A stretch of DNA of 64,000 bases, from assembly GCA_043823825.1 (NCBI GenBank), contig JBDRTU010000026.1:43-64042 (forward strand). The letters run 5' to 3'. The notes under the pieces were generated by a model. That model worked only from the letters and a program-made list of their open reading frames with translations, did not search any database and was not told the origin of the DNA. Below, piece after piece: positions 40,913-49,909 of this stretch. This stretch comes from Patescibacteria group bacterium. Lineage in GTDB: Bacteria > Patescibacteriota > Patescibacteriia > Veblenbacterales > UBA10138. How positions within the stretch are numbered: the first letter of the stretch is position 1; each line of letters opens with the position of its first letter. Both the position numbers and the translations under genes were made by a program.

Positions 40913-41929
40913 ATGAACTCTAACAAGACAGACGGTTTTATTCTTTTTTCCGGTAGCGCTAACCGCCCGTTGGCTGAAAAAATGCAACAGTATCTTAATC
41001 GACCTGATGGTCGGTTGGTCAGCCGTCCACTAGGTGATGTGGCGCTTGAACGTTTCCAGGACGGAGAGATCTGGGTGAAATATAACGAAAATCTGCGCGG
41101 TAAGGTTATCGGTATTGTGCAACCAACTGTGGCTCCGGCTGAAAATCTACTGGAGTTACTTATAATGATTGACACTGCCCAACGCGCTTCAGCTGCTAAA
41201 GTTATCGCCATAATTCCCTACTTTGGATATGCACGGCAAGACCGAAAGAACACCAACCGTGAAGCGTTAACTGCTAAGTTAATTGCCAACCTAATCACCA
41301 AGGCGGGAGCTGATCGGGTTATCACGATGGACTTGCATTCAGCGCAAATTCAGGGATTCTTTGATATCCCATTGGATCACATCTACGCTTCAAAAAATCT
41401 GGTTCCCTACTGGACTAACAAGAAAATTCCTAATTTGGCAATACAATCTACTGATTTAGGTGATGCACCAATGGCTCGAGCATGGAGACGACGATTACCT
41501 CAAGACACAGGGTTAATTCTCTTTGATAAGGAAAGAGACCAACATGACAATGTCAGAATTGTTGGTATGTTAACTGAGCCAGAGAGTTTTAAGTTTGATG
41601 GCGCAAATATTCTGGCTGTAGATGACATTATTGACACGTCAAATACTTTTTTAGCAGAAGTAAATAAACTAGACGAACTGCGTGTTAATGATATATACGG
41701 TTCATTTAATCATGCTGTATTCGCTGGTTCAAACTACGAAGCAGTGTATGAAAGAATCACCAACTCATCTGTTAAAGAAATCACAGTAACCGACAGCTTA
41801 GTATTAAAAGGAAAACCGCCTGATAAGATAAAGGTGATTTCAGTCGCAGATCTTTTAGCCGAAGCTACAGAAAGGGCATTTCTAAACTTGTCCATCTCAA
41901 CACTATATCAAGAAAAAATTTCTCGCTGA
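40913..41929 (+). CDS. prs: Ribose-phosphate pyrophosphokinase (divergent)
   Basis: F.DGEI.V, IPYFGYARQDRK, MDLHSAQIQGFFD, VDDIIDT; own promoter TTGACG-N17-TAAAGT and AGGAG SD. Confidence 0.88.
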   Translation: MNSNKTDGFILFSGSANRPLAEKMQQYLNRPDGRLVSRPLGDVALERFQDGEIWVKYNENLRGKVIGIVQPTVAPAENLLELLIMIDTAQRASAAKVIAIIPYFGYARQDRKNTNREALTAKLIANLITKAGADRVITMDLHSAQIQGFFDIPLDHIYASKNLVPYWTNKKIPNLAIQSTDLGDAPMARAWRRRLPQDTGLILFDKERDQHDNVRIVGMLTEPESFKFDGANILAVDDIIDTSNTFLAEVNKLDELRVNDIYGSFNHAVFAGSNYEAVYERITNSSVKEITVTDSLVLKGKPPDKIKVISVADLLAEATERAFLNLSISTLYQEKISR

Positions 41930-41947
41930 ATAAGTGGAAAGCTAAAC

Positions 41948-41980
41948 AAGGGCGGACACGAATTATCCGCCCTTATTTTT
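41948..41980 (+). terminator. Intrinsic terminator after prs
   Basis: AAGGGCGGA...TCCGCCCTT then ATTTTT. Confidence 0.75.
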
Positions 41981-42110
41981 AATAATATAACATACTTGTC
42001 ACATCATTTAGTATGATAGTCCCTACTATCAAACTATATGATAGAGATTCATTTTAAACAACCCATTAATCACCTTATCTCACTCCATCTCACCCCACCA
42101 ACTATTAATA

Positions 42111-43091
42111 TTAAAACCCAATATATTGCACTTCTTCGCGTAACTCGATACCAAACTTATCGCGGACTTGTTGTTTAATATAAGAAATAAGCATTACTAC
42201 TTCTTCAGCGGTGCCACCACCCATATTCACAATGTAATTAGCATGATCGTCTGACACCTGCACCTTGCCCATCTTTTTGCCCTTCAACTCTGCCTGATCA
42301 ATTAGCCAACTAGCCGGCAATTGTCCCTTGGCTAAAAACTCATCTAATTTTGGCCGATCATCAAGCTTTTGCTTAATCTCTTTAGTTTGTTTTCTGCTCG
42401 TAACTTCAACATTAGTAAAAATACATCCTGAAGATGGATAATGATAAGGCTGACCCTTACGCTGCGCCACATATTTTTTAATCAAGGCTCGGCTAGTTTC
42501 TTTGTCGCCAGCTACCAGTTCTAAAGTTACGTCTAAAATTACATCTTTAGTTTGTTTAAAAATAGAATTGCGATAGCTAAACTGACATTGCTGACGATTC
42601 AGTTTAATAATTTTATCACGCGCTAAAGCTGTTACTTCACAAACCCAATCACCAATACAACCTTTGGTAATTTGCGGAAGTCCCGCATTGCCATAAACCG
42701 CTCCTCCCACTGTTGAAGGCACCGCCACCATCGGCTCCATTCCCCAAAGACCAGCTTCCACAGTTTTAGTTACTAAAAAACCAAGATTAACTCCTGCCTC
42801 GGCCCAAACTGTAGTGCCAGTTATTTTCCATTGCATGTTTTTTGCTATCACCACCAAACCCGAAAAACCTTGATCAGAAACTAAAACATTACAGCCATTG
42901 CCTAAAATCTGCAAAGGAAGATTTAGTTCGTGAGCTACCTGAACCGCTTTAGCTAACTCATCACTTGTTTTGGCTTCTAACAAATATTTAGCTGGACCGC
43001 CAATTTTAAAATTAGTATAAGCCGCCATCGGCTCACTAAGCTTAAGACTTGAACCTAGATTTTTTTCCAATTCATTAGAAACCTTTGCCAT
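42111..43091 (-). CDS. murB: UDP-N-acetylenolpyruvoylglucosamine reductase (start likely ATG 43091)
   Basis: FKIGGPA, LGNGCNVLV, P.TVGGAVYGNAG, FSYRNS, HANYIVN, L.EEV. Confidence 0.93.
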   Translation of the reverse strand: MAKVSNELEKNLGSSLKLSEPMAAYTNFKIGGPAKYLLEAKTSDELAKAVQVAHELNLPLQILGNGCNVLVSDQGFSGLVVIAKNMQWKITGTTVWAEAGVNLGFLVTKTVEAGLWGMEPMVAVPSTVGGAVYGNAGLPQITKGCIGDWVCEVTALARDKIIKLNRQQCQFSYRNSIFKQTKDVILDVTLELVAGDKETSRALIKKYVAQRKGQPYHYPSSGCIFTNVEVTSRKQTKEIKQKLDDRPKLDEFLAKGQLPASWLIDQAELKGKKMGKVQVSDDHANYIVNMGGGTAEEVVMLISYIKQQVRDKFGIELREEVQYIGF

Positions 43092-43249
43092 ATAGTTATT
43101 TAAGACTATTTTTAGACTACGGTAAACGTGTAGAACAAGCAAACGCCATAGATTAATGTTTTATGCCTATTTTGGCCAGAAACTGTAACTTTCAGGTATT
43201 TTTCTTAGCTAAAATTAGCCAAAAAATAACTTTTTTTGTTCCATAATGC

Positions 43250-43278
43250 TTGACAAAATTAACCCCTTAACCTATACT
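43250..43278 (+). promoter_or_regulatory. sigma70-type promoter divergent from murB
   Basis: TTGACA aaattaaccccttaacc TATACT, 17-nt spacer. Confidence 0.75.
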
Positions 43279-43284
43279 GAAATG

Positions 43285-43553
43285 TTAAATTGAATAATTT
43301 AAAAATTAAAAAGAGCCCCCGCGGTGCTTGCGGGTAAAGTAAACATAAGGTGTTTACCCAGGTATCAGATTTTTCCTGACAAGCACAACCGATTGCAGTC
43401 GAATCCCGCAAGAGATACAAATAAGGTAGTCACTCTGGATTAGGAGTGGCTGACTATCGCAGTAGAATAAGCGGTAAAACAAGTATCAACGGGACAAGTA
43501 AGCAGAAACGGATGTTATGGACGGATGACTGATATCTAGGTAAACACCTTTTT
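43285..43553 (+). ncRNA. Candidate ~270-nt structured RNA
   Basis: 22-bp stem 43347-43368 with 43529-43550 enclosing several hairpins, followed by a T-run; promoter upstream. Confidence 0.6.
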
Positions 43554-43689
43554 AAATAAAAATGTGTCATTAACTCTCCTACATCCCGATTAAAATCGGG
43601 ACTACGGAAGGCGCGACGAGCTACTAAGCAAATTATCTAGTAATCAGATACAACTTAATCTAAATAAAAACTGTAAAGTTGACAAAATT

Positions 43690-43863
43690 TCTTTCCCACC
43701 AACATGGAGGAGAGAGTTAGTCCGCCGACTAGGCGGATAAAGATGGTGGACTTGGTAAGTTTGGTGCGAACTAAACTAACCATGGGAAACCATTTCACCC
43801 TGGATACGTCTCCCTTCGGGAGATATAAATCCAAGGTACTTCCTCCAGATTAGTGTGAAAGAA
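43690..43863 (+). ncRNA. Candidate structured RNA or 5' leader with UUCG and GNRA tetraloops
   Basis: Closing stem TTCTTTC..TGGAGGA with TCCTCCA..GAAAGAA; AGTTTGGT-GCGA-ACTAAACT; TCTCC-C-TTCG-GGAGA hairpin; ends about 8 nt before the SD of the lipoprotein gene. Confidence 0.65.
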
Positions 43864-43883
43864 TAAATATAAGGAGTAAAAAG

Positions 43884-44339
43884 ATGAAAGGTTTAGTTGT
43901 TATATTGCTAGCACTAGTGGGGCTAAGCTGCTCCACATTTGATATGTTACCGAAAATCTTGGTGACATACACAATGGATAATCGCGACACTGCTTATGCA
44001 GATTTCGCAATTGAGTCTGTTGAAGCAACACGCACCTACACGGTTTATCCTGGATACCCTGTCCAGGATCAACAGGAGTTAGTTAGTAATGTCAGTAATT
44101 ATAATTACCGTCACAGCGACCGCGTTCAGCTAAATATACGTGTTCGCACGCATGATTTGCGTACTTTTTCTACGCAAGCATGGTTCTATCATCTAAAAGT
44201 AAATGACATTGTTTTCGATGGTAGGAGAATTATTGTGAGGGCGCCTCGCTGGTACAAAGAAGTGGCCCAATACGATACGCTCGCCATATCTTATGGCGAC
44301 TTAATAAAAACTCCCCCTAACAACAAGGGGGATTACTGA
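43884..44339 (+). CDS. Hypothetical lipoprotein
   Basis: AAGGAG SD; MK, hydrophobic core, lipobox-like VGLSC. Confidence 0.75.
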   Translation: MKGLVVILLALVGLSCSTFDMLPKILVTYTMDNRDTAYADFAIESVEATRTYTVYPGYPVQDQQELVSNVSNYNYRHSDRVQLNIRVRTHDLRTFSTQAWFYHLKVNDIVFDGRRIIVRAPRWYKEVAQYDTLAISYGDLIKTPPNNKGDY

Positions 44340-44475
44340 CTTTCAAAAAATAAGGAGTAATTATGCCCTTCTATTGAATACACACAGTGTAGGAGGTCAC
44401 CTGCAAGCCCTCCTAAAGCAAGCGGGTAGCGCCTTGGCAACCGGCGTTATAATAAAATTTGGGCTGGGAGAGACT

Positions 44476-44498
44476 ATCAACACTCTCCCTAATTTTTT
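44476..44498 (+). terminator. 3' half of an intrinsic terminator after the lipoprotein gene (stem begins near 44466)
   Basis: GGGAGAG...CTCTCCC then TAATTTTTT. Confidence 0.55.
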
Positions 44499-44603
44499 TA
44501 AGCTCGCAATCAGTTTGTGATTTTAAAAAAGTTTAACAATCTCTCCAAAATAAATAGGAAAAATAAAATGTTATTAAATATAATTGACCAAAGCCGTTTG
44601 AGT

Positions 44604-44708
44604 ATGGGAAAACAAATTCTTATACTGCTGATTATTGCACTACTGGCATTAGTAATTGTGTGGTTGACTGGTGCGGACTATATAATACCAGATTCTCCAC
44701 GACCGTAA
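44604..44708 (+). CDS. 34-aa single-TM small protein
   Basis: MGKQILILLIIALLALVIVWLTGADYIIPDSPRP; terminator AGCCGATCA...TGATCGGCTTTTT follows. Confidence 0.55.
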   Translation: MGKQILILLIIALLALVIVWLTGADYIIPDSPRP

Positions 44709-44936
44709 AAAGCAGCCGATCACGAGCAATCATTGATCGGCTTTTTCTTTTTAAATAACGCACTTTGCGCACTACTTTCTCCAATCCCACAGAATATTCT
44801 GGACACAGTATTCCACTAGAAATCAAGATTAGGGATTATTGTCCGATCGGACAAAAATCCCTAATATTATTTTATCTTATACCGCTACTGCGACTGTTAT
44901 CTAACACTGCGGCCTTAGTCTAGAAATGAAATAAGA

Positions 44937-46340
44937 TTAATTATTATCCTGCACTAAACCTAATCTGTTAATCAACTCCTCTCCTACTTTCCAAACATCG
45001 CCAGCGCCCATAGTGATCACTAAGTCGCTGCGGCCTAAGTTTGACGATAGATAATCAGTTGCTTCTTTAATGGTTGGTTTATGGATTACATTTGAGTGGT
45101 GCTTTTTAATCTCCTCCACTAATTTGATAGAGTTTATTTCACCTTTGGTTTCTCGTGCTGAACTGTAAATATCTAGCACTACGACCTCGTCCGCTTCAGT
45201 AAAGCTGATGCCAAAATCGTCTAATAATGCTTTAGTGCGTGAAAAAGTATGGGGATGAAACACTACTCTGATATTTTTATAAGGGTAAAAATTACGAGCT
45301 GCTTTTAAAGTAGCGATAATCTCAGCTGGATGGTGCGCATAATCATCAATGATCAAGGCATTATTAGTTAAACGACCTTTTAATTCAAACCTGCGAGCAG
45401 TTCCCTCAAAATCAGCTAATGCCTTGCGAACTACTTCTAACTCTACTCCCAAGCAGCGACTAGTAGCTAACACTGCCAAGGCATTAGCCACATTATGGCT
45501 ACCTACCAACTTTAACCAAAAATCACCTAAAAATTCTCCTCCCGCGCTAGCGGAAAAATGCCAACGCCCCTCATCCAACCACATTCGTTCTAAACGCCAA
45601 TAACCTTGGGTTAGGCCATAGCTAATAATCTGTTCAGACGACAACCCGGCGGCGATTATTGCTTTACGTACTTGTTCACTGTCATAATTTGCCACAACAA
45701 GACCATCAGCCGGTATTTTTTTAAGAAACTCCACAAAGGTTTGGTAATAACTCTCAGCTGTCGCAAAAAAATCAGGATGATCCCAATCAATGCTTGTTAA
45801 AACAACTGCCCAAGGATTAAAGTAAGAAAATTTATTTTGATATTCATCTGCTTCAAAAACCAACAATTCGCCTGCTCCCACTAAAGCATTACCATTAAAC
45901 TGGGGCACGGCTGACCCTACAACAGCGCTCGGTGACAAACCAGCAGTTTGTAACACATAAGCCAGCATAGCGGTAATAGTGGTTTTGCCATGGCTACCAG
46001 CTATGGCAATGGCTTTAAACTCTTTAATTAATTCGCCTAATGCTTCGGCATAGGTTATTAAGGTTATACCCTTTTCTTTTGCTGATTTAATTTCAGGATT
46101 ATCTAAACTATAGGCTGTTGAATAAATTACCAAATCAATATCGTTCCTTAGTTGACTGGCTTTAAAACCTTCATAATATTCCAGACCGGCCTGCTTTAAA
46201 ACTTGATCAGTAAAAAACTTTTCTGAAGTATCAGAGCCGGAAATCTGCTTGCCTTGCTGTTTTAAAATCTGGGCCAAAGCAGTCATCCCCACTCCTTTGA
46301 TACCAATAAAATATACTTTCTTAGCTTGTGCTAAATTCAT
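44937..46340 (-). CDS. murC: UDP-N-acetylmuramate--L-alanine ligase
   Basis: IGIKGVGM, AGSHGKTT, FEADEY, DWDHPD, DDYAHHP. Confidence 0.96.
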   Translation of the reverse strand: MNLAQAKKVYFIGIKGVGMTALAQILKQQGKQISGSDTSEKFFTDQVLKQAGLEYYEGFKASQLRNDIDLVIYSTAYSLDNPEIKSAKEKGITLITYAEALGELIKEFKAIAIAGSHGKTTITAMLAYVLQTAGLSPSAVVGSAVPQFNGNALVGAGELLVFEADEYQNKFSYFNPWAVVLTSIDWDHPDFFATAESYYQTFVEFLKKIPADGLVVANYDSEQVRKAIIAAGLSSEQIISYGLTQGYWRLERMWLDEGRWHFSASAGGEFLGDFWLKLVGSHNVANALAVLATSRCLGVELEVVRKALADFEGTARRFELKGRLTNNALIIDDYAHHPAEIIATLKAARNFYPYKNIRVVFHPHTFSRTKALLDDFGISFTEADEVVVLDIYSSARETKGEINSIKLVEEIKKHHSNVIHKPTIKEATDYLSSNLGRSDLVITMGAGDVWKVGEELINRLGLVQDNN

Positions 46341-47407
46341 ACTTTTTTTATCTCTTGAATAATAATATTAGCTAAAGCTTTGCTCGCTCCACTAGGAAAC
46401 AATTTATGCAAGTTGTCTGCCAACTTTAATTGCCGCTCTTGATCTTCTAGTAAATCTTTTAATTGGTTAACTAAGTAATCGGGATTTAGGTCAGACTGAG
46501 CCATTACTAAAGCGGCTTGGTGTTTAGACAAATAAGCAGCATTTTGCTCTTGGTGGCTCTTGGGAATGGGCACAATCACTGAAGGTTTTGATAAATAAGC
46601 CAGTTCTGAAATAAACCCCATACCAGCACGTGAAACAATTAAATCAACCGCTTGCATTAAAGCGGGCAATTCAGTGGTTACTAAATCCTTAACTACCAAA
46701 CCAGCACTTGGTTCAACCTTAACGTTCTTATTTTTACCAGTAATTAAAATTATTTGGCAAAAGGCTAACAGTGACGGCCAAGATTCTGCTACTAATTTAT
46801 TAATAAAGTCCGCGCCAGTGCCCCCACCCACCACTAAAATAGTGGCACGTTTTGGGTTTAACCCTAAGTCACTCAAAACTTGGTCTTGCTTAAATTGTTG
46901 TTGATATATTGAGCGGATTGGATTACCAATAAAACTAACTTTATTTTTAGGAAAATCTTTCACTGACTCCTCTGACGCAACAGTAATTTTATTAGCACAC
47001 CAACTTAACAAACGATTTGATAAACTATGCTCAATATCTTGTTGATGAATTACCAAGGGGATGCGCCATAACCAAGCTGCCCAACCAACTGGAACACTAA
47101 CAAAACCACCGGCTGCTACCACCCCCTGAACTTTTAACCGTTTTAACCAATATAACGACAAAATAAAACCAGCTAAGATACGAAAAAGATCAATTATGTT
47201 TTGCCAACTAAAATAACGCCGCCATTTACCAGAGGGAATTGCTTTAAACTGAATTCCTGCTTGCTCTACTAACAAACGCTCAGGGCCCTCGGTAGTGCCT
47301 AACCAAACAAATTTAAAACTGCGGTATTGATGAGTTAATTCATCAACTACAGCTAAAAGTGGCGTAACTGAACCTAAGGTCCCTCCACCGGTTAGTAAAA
47401 TATTCAT
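46337..47407 (-). CDS. murG: MurG glycosyltransferase
   Basis: TGGGTLGSV.P, GGFVSVP, GNPIR, GGGTGA, SRAG, HQEQNA. Confidence 0.95.
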   Translation of the reverse strand: MNILLTGGGTLGSVTPLLAVVDELTHQYRSFKFVWLGTTEGPERLLVEQAGIQFKAIPSGKWRRYFSWQNIIDLFRILAGFILSLYWLKRLKVQGVVAAGGFVSVPVGWAAWLWRIPLVIHQQDIEHSLSNRLLSWCANKITVASEESVKDFPKNKVSFIGNPIRSIYQQQFKQDQVLSDLGLNPKRATILVVGGGTGADFINKLVAESWPSLLAFCQIILITGKNKNVKVEPSAGLVVKDLVTTELPALMQAVDLIVSRAGMGFISELAYLSKPSVIVPIPKSHQEQNAAYLSKHQAALVMAQSDLNPDYLVNQLKDLLEDQERQLKLADNLHKLFPSGASKALANIIIQEIKKV

Positions 47408-48528
47408 CGCCTTGTCTCCACTGCTCGAGCTTGTCTCGAGATATTAACCATTATTCCTAAGCCTCCCAAGGCCATTGCTAAAGCGGTTCCGCCATGTGAA
47501 ATAAAAGGTAATGGTATGCCAGTTAATGGTAATAAATTCAGCATCGCCGCTATATTAACAAAAAATTGCAATCCTAGCCAGACCATGATACTTAAACCAA
47601 GTAATCTACCCAAAGTATCTGGAGCTCGGACAGCAATTTTAATACCGCGCCAAATCAAAGCAGCAAACAGAACAATCAAGATACTGGTAAGTAAAAAACC
47701 AAGTTCTTCGGCAATAACAGCAAAAATAGAATCGCCAGTGACCTCGGGCAAGTATTGATATTTTTGACGAGAGTGCCCTAAACCTAACCCCCAAAAACCA
47801 CCAGAACCAACTGCTAATAACGCTTGATTAATGTGGTAACCAATGCCCTGAGAATCATATTCTGGATTTAAAAAAACTGTTAATCTGTTCAAACGATAAG
47901 GCGCAATTTTAACTAACAAATACATTAATCCGCTACCTGCCAAAATAAATCCAATAATCGTACTCCAACGAGCGCCTGCTAAAAAGTAGATAATAACAGC
48001 GCTAACAGCAATTACTATCATGGTTCCCATATCAGGTTGTAACATCAGAAGCACCATAACAATAGATAGCAAAATAATAAAAGGCATAATGCCGCCCTTC
48101 CAAGTTCTAATCTCATCAAAACCTTTTTGCTCAAACCAATAAACTAAATATATTAGAAAAGTTAGTTTGGTAATTTCTGACGGTTGGAAGCTAAAAAGCT
48201 TTAAATCTAACCAGCGGCTAGCTCCCCCATAGCCAACACCTAATTGAGGAATTAATACGGCCACCAATGCCAACAAAGTAACTAGTAAAGCTGGTACTGA
48301 CCATTTAACTAAACGATGATAATCAAATCTACTTAAAACAAAAAAAATCATCAACCCTGGCAGCAAACCGTAAATTAATTGCCGATGCACATAATAATAG
48401 CTGGAGCCGAATTTTTGAAAAGAAACCACCGAAGAAGCTGACGAAAGCAATAATATTCCCAAACCAACAATCAAAATAGCCAAACCAATAAACAGATAGT
48501 CAATTTTTTGTTGCCCGGAACGAAGCAT
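47404..48528 (-). CDS. ftsW: SEDS peptidoglycan polymerase FtsW
   Basis: GASRWL, FQPSE, QPDMGT, LPEVTGDSIFAVIAEELG, LTGIPLPFISHGG. Confidence 0.95.
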   Translation of the reverse strand: MLRSGQQKIDYLFIGLAILIVGLGILLLSSASSVVSFQKFGSSYYYVHRQLIYGLLPGLMIFFVLSRFDYHRLVKWSVPALLVTLLALVAVLIPQLGVGYGGASRWLDLKLFSFQPSEITKLTFLIYLVYWFEQKGFDEIRTWKGGIMPFIILLSIVMVLLMLQPDMGTMIVIAVSAVIIYFLAGARWSTIIGFILAGSGLMYLLVKIAPYRLNRLTVFLNPEYDSQGIGYHINQALLAVGSGGFWGLGLGHSRQKYQYLPEVTGDSIFAVIAEELGFLLTSILIVLFAALIWRGIKIAVRAPDTLGRLLGLSIMVWLGLQFFVNIAAMLNLLPLTGIPLPFISHGGTALAMALGGLGIMVNISRQARAVETRR

Positions 48529-48533
48529 AAAAT

Positions 48534-49904
48534 TTATTTTAGGGCACGAACCACCTTAACAAATTGTTCACCGCGATCCCATTCATTAATGAAAAGTCCA
48601 AAGCTTGAAGCGGCTGGTGACAGTAAGACTATACCATCCTGTAGTGTTAATTGATCAGCCTTTTTGACCGCTTGTAACATCGAGCAAACTTGCCAAACTT
48701 GATAACTAGTGGGCAAACTGGCTAATAATTTATCTGTGGCAGTACCAGGTAATAAAATCAGGTGTTGAACTCGCTGTTTTATTAACTGTGCTAACTTTCT
48801 GTAGGATAATTTTTTATCATTGCCACCAGCAATCAAAGTCACAACTTTACCGCGGAACGCTTCAAGAGCTGCTACACAAGCATCGGGTATAGTGGCAGTA
48901 GTGTCATTAAAATACTTTACACCTTTCACAGTTTTAACTAATTGCAAGCGAGAATGCAAACCAGTAAAACTTTTAATTGCCTGCCTAATTTTTGATGCTG
49001 CCAAACCGACAGCATAGGCTACCGTGGCAGCTGCTAGGGCGTTGACTAAATTATGCTGGCCCTGTAACTGAATATCTTTTATTTTAAATAATTCCACCAC
49101 TCTCTTTCCCTGACGAAACCAAGCGCTGCCCTGTTTCAAATAACCACCAATCTTAACTGGGTGCTTGGTACTAAACCAAATTAATTTACTGACTGTTTGT
49201 GGCCCAAGCTTGCGTGTTAATTTATTATCATAATTCAGTACTACAATATCCCGCGGTTTTTGCCAATAGAAAATATTAGCCTTAGCTTTGGTATATTGAA
49301 TTAGCGACTGATAACGATCAAGATGGTCAGATAAAATATTAGTTACCAGCGCCACTTGGGGACTCAAACACCAACGGGCCAAACCCTCTAGTTGCCAGGA
49401 AGAAAGCTCTAAAATTACTTTAGTGCTAGGTTTTATTTTTGGCAACACTTCCATCATAACCTGATCGCGAATATTGCCTGCTACTACTGTTTGAGGATTT
49501 ACTAATTTAAACATTACTCCTAACCAAGAGGCAATAGTAGATTTCCCCTTACTACCTGTTACGCCAATAATTGGAGCGGGAGATAGCTTAAAAAAGAGAC
49601 TTGCTTCGTTCTCGATCGGTATTTTCTTTTTCAACGCCAATTTTATAAGAGGAGAATTATTTGGAACGGCTGGATTTTGCACCAACAAATCCTGCCCTTT
49701 AAGTAACGAGGGTGGATTTTTTCCTAAGACATAACTAACCCTATAACCTCGAAGCTTACGAAGACTAATTCTTAATTGTTGGCTGGTTTTTAGATCAGTA
49801 ACAGTAACTTTGGCACCTGCACGAACTAACCACTTAACTGTAGCTACTCCACCGCCTTGCAGGCCTAAACCAACCATTAAAACCTTTTTGCCCTTAAATT
49901 TCAT
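48534..49904 (-). CDS. murD: UDP-MurNAc-L-Ala--D-Glu ligase
   Basis: GVTGSKGKST, LELSSWQL, DHLDRY, NDTTAT, LLSPAASSF. Confidence 0.95.
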   Translation of the reverse strand: MKFKGKKVLMVGLGLQGGGVATVKWLVRAGAKVTVTDLKTSQQLRISLRKLRGYRVSYVLGKNPPSLLKGQDLLVQNPAVPNNSPLIKLALKKKIPIENEASLFFKLSPAPIIGVTGSKGKSTIASWLGVMFKLVNPQTVVAGNIRDQVMMEVLPKIKPSTKVILELSSWQLEGLARWCLSPQVALVTNILSDHLDRYQSLIQYTKAKANIFYWQKPRDIVVLNYDNKLTRKLGPQTVSKLIWFSTKHPVKIGGYLKQGSAWFRQGKRVVELFKIKDIQLQGQHNLVNALAAATVAYAVGLAASKIRQAIKSFTGLHSRLQLVKTVKGVKYFNDTTATIPDACVAALEAFRGKVVTLIAGGNDKKLSYRKLAQLIKQRVQHLILLPGTATDKLLASLPTSYQVWQVCSMLQAVKKADQLTLQDGIVLLSPAASSFGLFINEWDRGEQFVKVVRALK

Positions 49905-49909
49905 ATTAT

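Noticed and set aside
40730-41211. Two minus-strand ORFs over the prs start
   Set aside because: Antisense to prs and its promoter
43360-43480. Minus frame with ICISCG (zinc-ribbon-like)
   Set aside because: No start codon after the upstream stop; opposite to the strong promoter
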